A model generated the notes under the pieces. It searched no databases. It was given only the letters and a program-made list of their open reading frames with translations, and had not been told where the DNA came from. A program made the position numbers and the translations under genes. Of a stretch of DNA of 46,856 nucleotides, positions 12,389 through 22,573 are shown piece after piece. Position 1 is the stretch's first letter. The number at the start of each line of letters is the position of its first letter. The DNA is from Craspedostauros australis (taxonomy: Eukaryota), in assembly GCA_030167865.1 (NCBI GenBank), contig JALAGF010004474.1:1-46856 (forward strand), given 5' to 3'.

Positions 12389-12904
12389 ATGCTCACAAAG
12401 CAACTGCTGACCATCGCGCTGCTCGTCGCAGCCGCAACCTCGTGCGATGCCTTCACCATCTCATCATCAAGCGTCGCCAGAACAACCCGTCTGCATGCCG
12501 AGGAGGCCGAAGAAAAGGCCACCGAAGTGCCAGAGGGCATGAACCCCGACAACCCCAACTTGCCCGCGTTGAAGGGCGATTTCGATTGGGATGCCAAATT
12601 CGCCGGCGACGATGACTGGATCACGGAGAACGTGCCAGGCAAGATCGTCCTCAACGAAATCGAATTGGCCCAGCAGGCCACGGAAATGAACAAGCTGGAA
12701 GAGAAATGGCGCAAGGAGCGTCAGTTTGCGGAATACGAGGCTGAGCGCAACGTGGGATGGACGGCGAATGCCGAGCTGCTCAATGGACGATTCGCGATGT
12801 TCTTTTTGGTGACCGGCTTGCTGACCGAGTACTGGACCGGCGTCTCCCTGCCAGGGCAGGTAGAGGAGCTGCTGAGAATTGGTGGTTTCATCGGATTTGA
12901 TTAG
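12389..12904 (+). CDS. OHP2: One-helix LHC-like protein, OHP2 type, plastid-targeted
   Basis: A single C-terminal LHC motif, ELLNGRFAMFFLVTGLLTEYWTG...QV, follows a long soluble N-terminus. Signal peptide ends CDA-F. Confidence 0.8.
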   Translation: MLTKQLLTIALLVAAATSCDAFTISSSSVARTTRLHAEEAEEKATEVPEGMNPDNPNLPALKGDFDWDAKFAGDDDWITENVPGKIVLNEIELAQQATEMNKLEEKWRKERQFAEYEAERNVGWTANAELLNGRFAMFFLVTGLLTEYWTGVSLPGQVEELLRIGGFIGFD

Positions 12905-12940
12905 ATCATAGTGCGAGTAGAGCCAACAGATGATCGAATC

Positions 12941-12963
12941 AACGAACGAACGAACGAACGAAC
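12941..12963. repeat. (AACG)n microsatellite in the OHP2 3' region
   Basis: aacgaacgaacgaacgaacgaac. Confidence 0.85.
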
Positions 12964-13325
12964 AGTCTTGTGTCTGACATTCATGAAGGATACTTCAGCA
13001 GAGTACGCAGCTCTACAAATTCTCCTGCGGCGGTGTTGGCAGATGGCCATCAAGAGGCGGCATGCTGTGTAGCCGACATCACGTGACGACGTCGCAAAGC
13101 GAAGCTATCGAACTACAATTTGTTGATCTTCATGTGCAAAACATGGAACCTAAACAAATAAAGGACTCTGCTCGACAACATGTTACTCGAATAAGACCAC
13201 GCTGATCCCACGGGATAAGATAACAACATAGCTATTGGAGCAGCCTTCTTCTGAAGACACGACTATGTTGTTGTTTGTCATAACGTGCGTTCTTTGTATC
13301 TTTATAATAGTATTCCATTCCTTCA

Positions 13326-15578
13326 CTACAAGGAATCATCGTCATCGCCGATGCTGAAGTTGCTGATGGCGTCAGTGGCCGACGCAATGTCCGTTCCGAG
13401 CCAATCCAAATCGCTGGCGCCCACGTCGGCCTCGGCTGGTGCGGGTTCTTCCACAGGCGCGGGTGCCGGCGGAAGCGCCACGATCGTGGGAGCAGGCTCC
13501 GGCGTTACAGGCTGTTGCGGGGGACTCTTTTTCTGCGACAGACTGAAGGCCGGCGTGCCACGGATTTTGCTGAAGAAGCCACCGGCCATGCTGCCTGCCT
13601 GGGCCATGACGCCTGTCATCTTGTTTTGCGACGGTGGTGCGACGCCGGCAGCATCGGATTCCAACTTTCTCTGGTTCTGCTGCTCCGCTTTCTGGATTCT
13701 GCGCTCCAGCTGGTGCTGGTACTTGACCTTGAGTCTGCCGGCGATCGAACGCAGTTCCGCCACAGTCTTTGGGCCCGCGCCCAGCAAGTCGTCGCGCACT
13801 CGACGTTCAGTGCGTTCCAAGATCATGGAAAAGTCAAACACAGTGACCTACAAGTGTATCGAATGGAATGGAATGAAGTGAAATGAATAATGTGAGAATA
13901 TGAATCATATTTGATGACACATGGGCAAACCCTGCACATACCACACAATCATTACACACCACACTACACTCACCTTCCCATCCTTATCATGTTGCATGTT
14001 ATCGTCGTTGGTGGACAGACCCGGCACTTGACGTTCCTTGCCAAGCTCGACAACGACGTCGCAAAGCATGATCATTGCCAGTTCCTGCACCGTGAGGATG
14101 GCGTTGGGGTCGCCGAACATCTTCCAGAATGGCTTTTGGGACAGCAATGCGTCCATCTTGTCCGTGCTCTTGGCCAGCATGAGGAACTTGGCGATCATGT
14201 CCGTGACGTTGATGCAGGTGATTCCAAAGGGCAGGACGGCGGCGTCGCCCGTGAAGAATCGTTGGCAGATGTCGGGGCAGGACTCGACCATGTAGACCAT
14301 CATGCCGAGGGATAGGACGCCGCCGGAACGAAAGTCCGTGACGGGGTCCGTCTGCTGAAAGCCGAGGCGTTCCACCCAGAAGGTGTGGGGCACGGGAGGA
14401 AGTCCGTCATCACCGAGGTGGGTTTCCACGTCGGCCTCTGCACCGTCGGTTGGTTGGAATGGCAGGATGGCACCATTGAGCCAAAGTCTCGAGATGAGGT
14501 TGTCGTAGCTGATGACCATCTTCTTGGATTCCTCAATGCCGCGCTCCCACCATGGCATGTGCATGACGGCCTTCTGCGCCGCCGTGGCTTGGTACGGCCG
14601 GCTGAGCTTGAGTCCTGGTCGGCACGATGTGTGCAGCAGCTGACGATACATGAGCACCTGCGACGCCACCGTCTTGTCTGGCAGAGTGTATTTGCGCGTC
14701 GTGATGTTTTGCAAAGTGGCCGTCGGCAAGAGATTCCCGATGGCACGGCTTGCATCATCCGCGAGGCCCCTTGCCAGCATGGCGGTCTTGCGCAATCCCT
14801 GCGGAGTCTGCGGACGTGGCGGAGGTTTGTCCTCCGTCTGCTGTGCCGTCTGCTGCTGGTCGGCCTGCGCTGTATCATCCGGTTTGGCGGTTTCGTTGGC
14901 CATGGCTGCTGTTGTCATCGCCCTGCGATAGAGAGTCCGGCAACGTGGATCGTCCGGATTGTGAGCGACGCCAATGTCTTCGAAGTCGAATTCTGTGTCC
15001 AATACAATGCAAGGCGCGATCTGATCAAAGAGCGCTGTGGCGCCGTGAGAAGACCCAGCAGAGTGTTGACGAGATTCGTCGGATTTGCGATTGGGAAGGG
15101 TGAAGCAAGCGTTGTCCACAACGAAGTCACTGTCGTTGTCCGTGCCGCCAAGCGTGTACGGCTGAGTGCACTGGAAGGCGTCCGTCACTTGCTGCTGTGT
15201 CCAGGCAAACAACGATGACGAGTCTGAGGTCTGTGGATCACAAGCTCCTGCTGATTCCGGCGGCGTTGCTGATGTTCCTGAGGCTGATCTGCTGCGACTC
15301 CCCTCTTCTGAGGATGGAACGACGACTCGAAACGGCGACGATCTCTTGTTATGGGCGTAGCTGTGGCTGCTTTCGGTCGTGGCCGTGCTGTTGCTGCTCC
15401 TCTCGCTCTTGTCGATGCGATCAAGGTGGCGCAGGTTGCTCCTGTGAAATGCCTTCGCTCTTCTGCGGCCACTGTCCTTCGCAACGGAACGACGTTGCAG
15501 ACGCGGCTGGCTGCTCCTTCTTGTTCTCGCCGGACTGGTGATCTTGTCGACTGTTTGGCCTGTCGACGAGGCTGCCAC
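13326..15578 (-). CDS. ELMO/CED-12 domain protein (ELMOD-like, putative Arf/Arl GAP); exons up to 15578-13974 and 13847-13326; true start uncertain (first in-frame ATG at 14918)
   Basis: Motifs WVERLGFQQTDPVTDFRSGGVLSL (Arg-finger type) and PFGITCINVT. A GTGAG...TAG intron joins DGK|VTVFDF in frame. Confidence 0.82.
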
Positions 15579-16502
15579 TCAACCGAGAGTGGATTGTTCT
15601 TCGCCTGTGGTCTCTTGCAACGCTGCGAAGTGCGAGCACAACTTGCTGATTCGTGGCAGCCCGTATCAGTAATAGGTCGTGCTAGCAGCAGTAGTAGTAG
15701 TAGCACGATTGTGGCACAAGAAATGCTGAATCTCGCCGAATGTCTCGAAGCTGGATGGATGAACCTCTGCGATGAGCTATTAGACGATCTATGTCGAACA
15801 ACAAGTCTTGGAACGATCCTCTTCAATGGAACTCTATCTCTGTGGAGTGTTGTGATGATGGCTGATGGTTGGTCTGCGAGAATGCCGTTGGGCAGAACAA
15901 CAACAGGACGCGCTTTGGTGAGATGTCGTCTGTCTTCTTTGTTCGCTGCGCTTCGTCTTGTGCGCTCTTGTCACGCTGTATTGTGTCGTGTCGTGTTGTT
16001 TGTTGGTTCCTTCTCTTGTTTTGCAGCACAGGGATCCGAACATCACGGCGAAGCCGTGCTGCAGCAATGACACGCGCACAAGGCCAACTGTTCCTTTGCG
16101 ATGTTTGTCGGGACTCGCCGAATTGTCATTGAGTCTGTTGAATCGAATTGTGGACCACTCGGACTCTACATGACGTCATTTGATGTTGCTCACGCCCATT
16201 GCGATGTTCGGCGAATCGGCAACAACGCACTTCGTTGTGCAATCCTCCATCCATCAAACTGTGCGGCGATACTGGCGGAGGAAGTCCACGGCATGCCGAT
16301 GCAACACAACGCGCTTCGAGACGGAGCACATTCATGCAACGCTTCGAGGCAGTCAGTAAAGAAGTATTCTACCATATCATTACATACGTAATACTCCACA
16401 AGCCGCCCTTTCTCACTGAACATATTATTATACGTCCAATTGGAGCCTGGGCAAGTTCCATTCCTCGACCCACCGCCGCCACATCCACTCTATCCAACCG
16501 TC

Positions 16503-17483
16503 ATGCCGTCGTCATTTATCGTCATGATCGCGGCGCTATCCGTGCTCGCATCTTTGCTGCTGCTGGCATCGGTGGATGGCTTCACTCCTGCAAAGATCCA
16601 CACCGGGTTCCGTCGCAACGTCCAAGTTGCCGATGTAATGCGTCCGCACAACCGCCTGCGGAAAGCGCAAGACGATGATTCCATGGAGACTGCCGACGCA
16701 CCTTCCAACGTGCTCAACGGCAACACCACGCGCATGTCCCACGTCATGCTGCGCACGAAGCATGTTCCCGAATGCGTCGACTTTTGGAAACAGCAAGGCG
16801 GATACGTCGTGTCCACCGGCGGCAATACGGACGCCAAAGGACCGCCCAAGAATACCTTCATCACGATGGGCCACAGCCGCCAGAACAACAATCCCAACGA
16901 CGACACGACCACCGCCAAATGCGCCTTCGATGACACGCCCACATTCCGCATCGAATTCGCCAACGCACCCGGCGACTGGACGTTGGGCAACAACATCCGG
17001 TACATGGGCGTAAGCATGCTGCTGCAATTCCAAAATGATCTCAAGGGCATCCTGCAAGGATCCCAGTCGTCGACGACATTGCCGACGACGGACCCCAACG
17101 GTATCCCCGTGCGATCGGCGGCATCGGCGCCCGGCGATTACCTGTGTCGTTTCGCCATCGCCACGAACGATCTGGCGGCGTCGTTGCAATTTTACGAGAC
17201 CGTGCTGGGCATGCAATGCAAGGCGCAAGATGACGCGATGATTTGCATGCGGTATGCGCAGGACGATGGCGTGCCCACGACGTTGGTGTTGGAACATACC
17301 GACGACGAGATTGTGCACGGCACGTGTTTGGATCATATCGTCATGGATACGACGTGCGATATCGAGGCCGTGCACGCCACCCTCGACGCGGCGCAATGTT
17401 TTCTGCCGCCGACGCGCATGTTCGGGCGGTCCGTTGTGGGGATCCTGGATCCGAACGGATACAAAATCGTGTTGGCGAATTAA
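16503..17483 (+). CDS. Two-domain VOC/glyoxalase (lactoylglutathione lyase-like) protein, plastid-targeted
   Basis: Motifs MSHVMLRT, SLQFYETVLGM, LDHIVM, ILDPNGYKIVL. Signal peptide ends VDG-F. Confidence 0.8.
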   Translation: MPSSFIVMIAALSVLASLLLLASVDGFTPAKIHTGFRRNVQVADVMRPHNRLRKAQDDDSMETADAPSNVLNGNTTRMSHVMLRTKHVPECVDFWKQQGGYVVSTGGNTDAKGPPKNTFITMGHSRQNNNPNDDTTTAKCAFDDTPTFRIEFANAPGDWTLGNNIRYMGVSMLLQFQNDLKGILQGSQSSTTLPTTDPNGIPVRSAASAPGDYLCRFAIATNDLAASLQFYETVLGMQCKAQDDAMICMRYAQDDGVPTTLVLEHTDDEIVHGTCLDHIVMDTTCDIEAVHATLDAAQCFLPPTRMFGRSVVGILDPNGYKIVLAN

Positions 17484-17612
17484 TGATTGGTATTATACGA
17501 TGCTATCATGGTATGGCAATATAGCAATGCCTTACGTTGGATGCTTTCCACGATTCTACTCGTACCCGTTCATACTCGTAGTATGGTATTATATGATTCT
17601 GCTTGTCAAGTC

Positions 17613-18344
17613 CTATGGCATCTTCTTGCCAAGAAACTTCTTGCGCTGCCGGATGGTCGATTGGATGTCTCCCACGATACGCTGATTGGCTTGGCTCGTG
17701 GCATCGGATGCGCTGCTCAAGGCCGATTGCACGGCGCGTTCTTGTATCCCACCCTCGATGCCGCTCAGCAGCAACGCGGCGGGCAAGGTGGACATGGAGA
17801 CGTTGGGATTCATCATCATCGTCTTGAGGAACTCGAGACCGTATTCCACATCGGAAGCATGGAAACTGAGCAGCTTCGGAGTGATGCTTGTCGCGCTATA
17901 GTTCTGCGATAACAAGTACTGCGCGGTGTCCAGCACCATGGCCGTATCCAAACGATACAGTTGGGGACATTCCTGCTGCACAGCCTCATCTTTCATGTGA
18001 ATGCCAAGATGTTCCAACTCCGACTTGGTTTGATCCCAAACAATTGTTGGGATGTCATCGTAGTCGTCATCGTAGTCGTCGTTGCTGTCGCTATTGTCAC
18101 TTGCCAGAAAGCCGCGATGCTTCGACAGATCCAACACTGGCTTCTGTGTGGATTCCTCCAACTTTTCCCACACCAACTTTTCTTCCACACGTTGCAAGAA
18201 CTCATCGGAGTACTTTGCACATCGCAGTGCATTGGATTGCAATCGATGCCGTTGCATGCAGAAAGCATCGACACGGCGTGGCATTCCACAAAGGGTGCCC
18301 AAACTGCATGCAAGAATCCCTGTCGTCTTCAATGTCGGCATCAT
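17613..18344 (-). CDS. Plastid-targeted hypothetical protein with possible mTERF-like repeats
   Basis: Presequence ends VDA-F. Segments LEHLGI...CPQLYRL...AQYLL and TPKLLSF...LEFLK resemble mTERF helical repeats. Confidence 0.6.
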   Translation of the reverse strand: MMPTLKTTGILACSLGTLCGMPRRVDAFCMQRHRLQSNALRCAKYSDEFLQRVEEKLVWEKLEESTQKPVLDLSKHRGFLASDNSDSNDDYDDDYDDIPTIVWDQTKSELEHLGIHMKDEAVQQECPQLYRLDTAMVLDTAQYLLSQNYSATSITPKLLSFHASDVEYGLEFLKTMMMNPNVSMSTLPAALLLSGIEGGIQERAVQSALSSASDATSQANQRIVGDIQSTIRQRKKFLGKKMP

Positions 18345-18564
18345 CGTTGTCGTCGTCGTCTTTCTGGTTTCTGCTGTGGCCTCTTCATGATGTCTGGGCA
18401 GAGCGGCAATGCCAAAGAACATGAAAGATCGCATGTGGCGGTGATGGCCATGATGACAGCGACGACGACGATGATGGATGTCACGCAATTTTCTGATGTG
18501 TGACGATTTGGAAGTCGAACGAATCCTCGTGATTGACATTTTAGTGAGAAAATCCTTCTCCCAG

Positions 18565-19160
18565 GGACACCCAATAATTTGTCCAGAATTTGTGTGTTGA
18601 CATCTTTTCTAGTCTTGCGGGACTGGAAAAGGACAGAACCACAGTATCGATCAAGTTTATCATTATTTTCTTCTAAGTCGACCATGAGAGAAAAAATTCA
18701 GCAATGGCGAGCAATGACTTAACGGACTCTATCGGACAAAGCTGAACATGAGGACAAATCCGGACAGTCCATGGCAAATCCGGACAGATCCGGACAAATC
18801 CGGACAAATCTGGACAAATCCGGACATCTACGACTACATGGAATCATAGTTGTACCCGGTAAGTGTGGAGGCTTGTCCGGATTTGTCCGGATCTGTCCGG
18901 ATTTGTCCAGATTTGTCCGGATTTGTCCGGATCTGTCCGGATTTGTCATGGACTGTCCGGATTTGTCCTCATGTTCAGCTTTGTCCGATAATGGAATGTC
19001 CGTTAATGGAAATTGCGCATTTAAAGGAATTTCTCGCTTAGTTGTCTTGTTTGAATGAATAATGCACAATTCGATTATCGCACTGATTTTCTCTTGATTT
19101 AGTCCCGCAAGACTCCATAACATGTAATTTTCGGAATTCAGGACAAATTATTGGGTGTCC
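18565..19160. mobile_element. Non-autonomous foldback/MITE element (596 bp), PIF/Harbinger-like, with CAG target-site duplication
   Basis: 26-bp TIRs (18565-18590 / 19135-19160, 25/26 match). CAG lies immediately outside both ends (18562-18564 and 19161-19163). Further inverted blocks sit at symmetric offsets. No transposase ORF. Confidence 0.85.
18730..18990. repeat. Near-perfect ~95-bp inverted repeat built largely from 10-bp units (ATCCGGACAA), with a short spacer
   Basis: atcggacaaagctgaacatgaggacaaatccggacagtccatg... pairs with ...catggactgtccggatttgtcctcatgttcagctttgtccgat. Confidence 0.93.
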
Positions 19161-19441
19161 CAGGAGTGACCGAATCCTCATGGATCTCCCACAAGACACA
19201 CCTTCGCGCCACCAAAGCAACAATGTCGCCACCAAATTCTTGGTGTGCTCTGCTCTTCGATGTTCGGCGATGGAACTTCTCTCTGGAGCCGAAACCGCGC
19301 TGTGCTACGTTCAATCCATCGGAAGCAATGCATACGACCTGCTGGCACGAGCAGCTCCCCATAAAACGGGTCTCGTCTCAAACGAAAACCAACACAACAC
19401 AGCGCAATACTTCACCAAACAACAACACAAGGAAACTCGCA

Positions 19442-20230
19442 ATGAATAGCAGCATCTTCGGACGCATGCCATGGCCAGAAATGGTCCTGTCGACGGCAGC
19501 AGTCGTGGCGACCATGGCCACCGTCACGGCTTTTCGATTGGCATCGACACCTTCTCCTGAAGCACCCAACAACAAGGACGCTGCCAACAGCCATCGCAGT
19601 CGGCACAGGACGAACAACAGGAACTCCAATCCGGGACGGCATTTCTCCCAGCTGGCAACTGCAGCGACGACGGCGCCATCCAGATCATCCAGCATGCCCC
19701 CGTTCCTCACACCCGCAACAACGCGATGCGATGCCCTGCGACAGGAGGACACCGCATCGCATCCGCCGTTCCTCTCGTCCGACTTCGAACGCATGCCGCT
19801 GCCCGCACGCGGCGTCCTTGAGACGCACGCCGTCTTTGGCTTGCTGCACGACGACGACCTCATCGAACAGTACGACATCTACCGCAACACGGATCCCAAC
19901 GACGCCACGGCCGTGGTGGGCGTCGTCCAATTCGGCAAGCGCCTCGACGGCCATCCCGGCATCGTGCACGGCGGTATCCTGGGTCTCGTGCTCGATGATA
20001 TCTTCGGCTTTGGATTCTTCGCGCTGGGCGTGCGCATGGCCGTGACGGCCAATTTGAACATCGATTATCGTGCGCCCGTGCCGGCCGGGTCGCAAGTCAA
20101 GGTGACGGTGCAATTGGAACAGCGCGAAGGGCGCAAGCTGCACTGGAAGGCGCGCATTGAATCCGTCGACGGCAGCGTGCTGTACACGGAGGCCACGTCG
20201 CTGTATATCATTCCCAAGAAGTACGCGTGA
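19442..20230 (+). CDS. Hotdog-fold acyl-CoA thioesterase (PaaI/THEM4-like)
   Basis: Motifs DGHPGIVHGGILGLVLDD, AVTANLNIDYRAPVP, EGRKL. Hydrophobic N-terminal segment. First plausible ATG after a CA-rich leader is 19442. Confidence 0.88.
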   Translation: MNSSIFGRMPWPEMVLSTAAVVATMATVTAFRLASTPSPEAPNNKDAANSHRSRHRTNNRNSNPGRHFSQLATAATTAPSRSSSMPPFLTPATTRCDALRQEDTASHPPFLSSDFERMPLPARGVLETHAVFGLLHDDDLIEQYDIYRNTDPNDATAVVGVVQFGKRLDGHPGIVHGGILGLVLDDIFGFGFFALGVRMAVTANLNIDYRAPVPAGSQVKVTVQLEQREGRKLHWKARIESVDGSVLYTEATSLYIIPKKYA

Positions 20231-20729
20231 GGGCCTTTTATCGTGGGAGGATGTTGATGGACAAGCTGAGGTGATGGCGGGTTGCTTGATACAAGCTCAT
20301 GTATAGGTACACTGATGATAGGGTTGAAACAGTCAATGAGTCTACCATTGTAAAATAGTGTGCAATCGATCCATCCTACTGTGGCAATGGAATAACATCA
20401 TATTCTCCAGACACACACACACAGAGAGAGAGAGAGAGACAGAGAGAATGAAAATGACATGCTCTCTGGCTTTTGTATTGTTTGTCTTTTGACTGCAAGG
20501 TCGTCAGCCTTCCCACACACTTCCCGCACAAGGCTGACAATGTGGAAGAGAACAAAACGATGCGCATCAGCTCAAGCAGAGGACGACTCTGCCAGTCTGA
20601 TCTGTCTGCCACAGCACCGCACCATCCCACGCCTCATGCTAGCCCAATGCTGTCATAGTACTCTAGAGTATCATAATATAATACTTTACCAGCACGACAG
20701 CGCACAGCAGCCACGAACCAACTTCCCCC

Positions 20730-21902
20730 TCAATCTTTCTTCTTCATCTCCTGAAAGTAGGGCTGCACGAGAACTCTGCCATTTTCGCCACGAATAAGGA
20801 TCAATGATTTCTTCTGATCCTCCTCATCCAGATACGACGTCATCATGTGCGTGATTTGGACGCGCCATTTCTTGGCCATTCGATCGATGCCGTACATGCC
20901 GTCAAATCTGGGATAGATGCGGCCATCGCGCGTGGGAACGAGCTGCGACTTGCGACCCCTCGCTCTCAAGTCCAGCGTGTCCTCGAAGGTCGCCAGCACG
21001 AGATGCTTGATGGGTGGCTTGACCTGCGCGCAGGCCCGTAATATGTTGGTCGCCGTCTGCTCTTCCAAGGGAGAGTCGAAGCGTTCCCAGTACTTGGTGA
21101 CCATGAAGGCGCGCGTGCAGCCTTCGGCGACCTTGAGCAAGGAGGACTCGTCGCTCCAATCCGCGACCTTGACCGTGACGCCGTCGAGCTTGATCAATTT
21201 CTTCGTCTGCCGCGATGTGTAGACACGCACGGCCGCCACGACTCGCAGTCCCTTCTCCGACAAGACGCGTACCATGGTGGAGCCTTCGGGCGTGTTGGCA
21301 TTGAAGACCGCCACCTGCTCGGCACCCGCGAATCGATCCTGCACGAGCTGTTTCATGGAGGGTGGGCGAGGCAGGTACGGGTCCCATTCCTCCGTCAGAC
21401 CGCCATCCTCGCTCGTGGCCAGCTCGAATTCTCCCTTCTTGCGCGTGGGCGTCCTTGAGGCTGGTTTCTTGGACGTGGGGGTGGACGGGACGACCGCCGC
21501 CGTCTGCGTAACGTCCTCCGAATGTCCCAGATGACGGATCGAATTCATCACAAGGACATGCTTATCAACTCCCTCCTTCTTGCCGCCGTGCTCTTCACCG
21601 GCATTCTCGGGCGTGGTGATGCTAGATGCCTCCATGCCAATACTCCCGTCTTCTGCTGCAGCTGCAGATTCTGGCGCTGGGGCTTGTGCCACTGGGGCTG
21701 GTTGCTCCTCCTCCTTCTCCACCATCGGCTCATTGGGCGGCTCGTCTTCGATGATCTCCTCTTCCTCGATGATCTCTTCCTCTATGATCTCCTCTTCCTC
21801 CACCACTTCCTCCTCAATCACCTCCTCCTCTTCCTCCTCACCATCTTGGACTGTTTCCGCAGCAGGTTGTGCCGTCGGTGTGGCCTGTGCTTCTCCTGAC
21901 AT
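20730..21902 (-). CDS. NmrA-like NAD(P)-binding Rossmann protein with an acidic low-complexity N-terminus
   Basis: Segments VAVFNANTPEGSTMVRVL...VVAAVR, GVTVKVADWSD, EGCTRAFMVTKYWE, IKHLV match the NmrA/HSCARG pattern. EEEVIEEE repeats at the N-terminus. Confidence 0.72.
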   Translation of the reverse strand: MSGEAQATPTAQPAAETVQDGEEEEEEVIEEEVVEEEEIIEEEIIEEEEIIEDEPPNEPMVEKEEEQPAPVAQAPAPESAAAAEDGSIGMEASSITTPENAGEEHGGKKEGVDKHVLVMNSIRHLGHSEDVTQTAAVVPSTPTSKKPASRTPTRKKGEFELATSEDGGLTEEWDPYLPRPPSMKQLVQDRFAGAEQVAVFNANTPEGSTMVRVLSEKGLRVVAAVRVYTSRQTKKLIKLDGVTVKVADWSDESSLLKVAEGCTRAFMVTKYWERFDSPLEEQTATNILRACAQVKPPIKHLVLATFEDTLDLRARGRKSQLVPTRDGRIYPRFDGMYGIDRMAKKWRVQITHMMTSYLDEEDQKKSLILIRGENGRVLVQPYFQEMKKKD

Positions 21903-21920
21903 GGTGATCGTTGTGTTGTC

Positions 21921-21972
21921 GTTAGTGAGGTTGTTAGTGAGGTTGTTAGTGAGGTTGTTAGTGAGGTTGTTA
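21921..21972. repeat. 12-bp tandem repeat (GTTAGTGAGGTT, ~4.3 copies) in the 5' leader of the NmrA-like gene
   Basis: Directly visible. Confidence 0.9.
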
Positions 21973-22573
21973 TTGTTTGTGTTATTGCTTGTGTTATTGC
22001 TGGTCTTGCAACTGGAGTCGCAGTCGCATTCCTGTGCACCGATGGGTGTCAACCGATCCGATTGTTGGCACAGTGAAACAGGGAGAGGGCAACGAGGTGC
22101 ACGTCTTCCCTTCTCCCCTCCATGTCTCTCTTGGCCTTCGCGGAGGACACGAAAAGGAAGGCTTCTGCCTCTCGGATTTGATTCACTCTTGTCTTGCGTG
22201 CCAACGTATCTTGTGTCCCGGTCATTCTTGGATGCCACAGTCACACAGACATCGCACACCCACATCATCCACCAAGCGCACAGACAATCCTGCGGGACTG
22301 ACGTTTTCCAAATGATGTGGTCGTGATTCCATCGTCCACCAACAACACATCAAACGTCAACGCATCAACCAACAATCAAATCAACATCACGGATCGCGGT
22401 CTAACATCGTCATCTCAAACGAATACGATCCACAGCAATGCAGGAATCTATTCTCTGTGAGTTGAGAGGCACCCTCATCGATCTCCATCTCTTCCGAACC
22501 ATCGTCGTCCTGAGGTGCATTGATTGAAGGAACAGCGCTTATCATAACAGAAGAAATCGATATATCCATCACC

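Noticed and set aside
18730-18990. CRISPR-like array, or the repeat-protein ORFs (18719-19123, 18771-19058)
   Set aside because: The 10-bp units are contiguous with no unique spacers, the context is eukaryotic, and the repeats are explained by the foldback element.
18719-19006. Independent piggyBac-type element bounded by TTAA
   Set aside because: The two TTAA sites lie exactly 154 bp from each outer end, so they are better read as part of the larger symmetric element. A nested insertion is not fully excluded.
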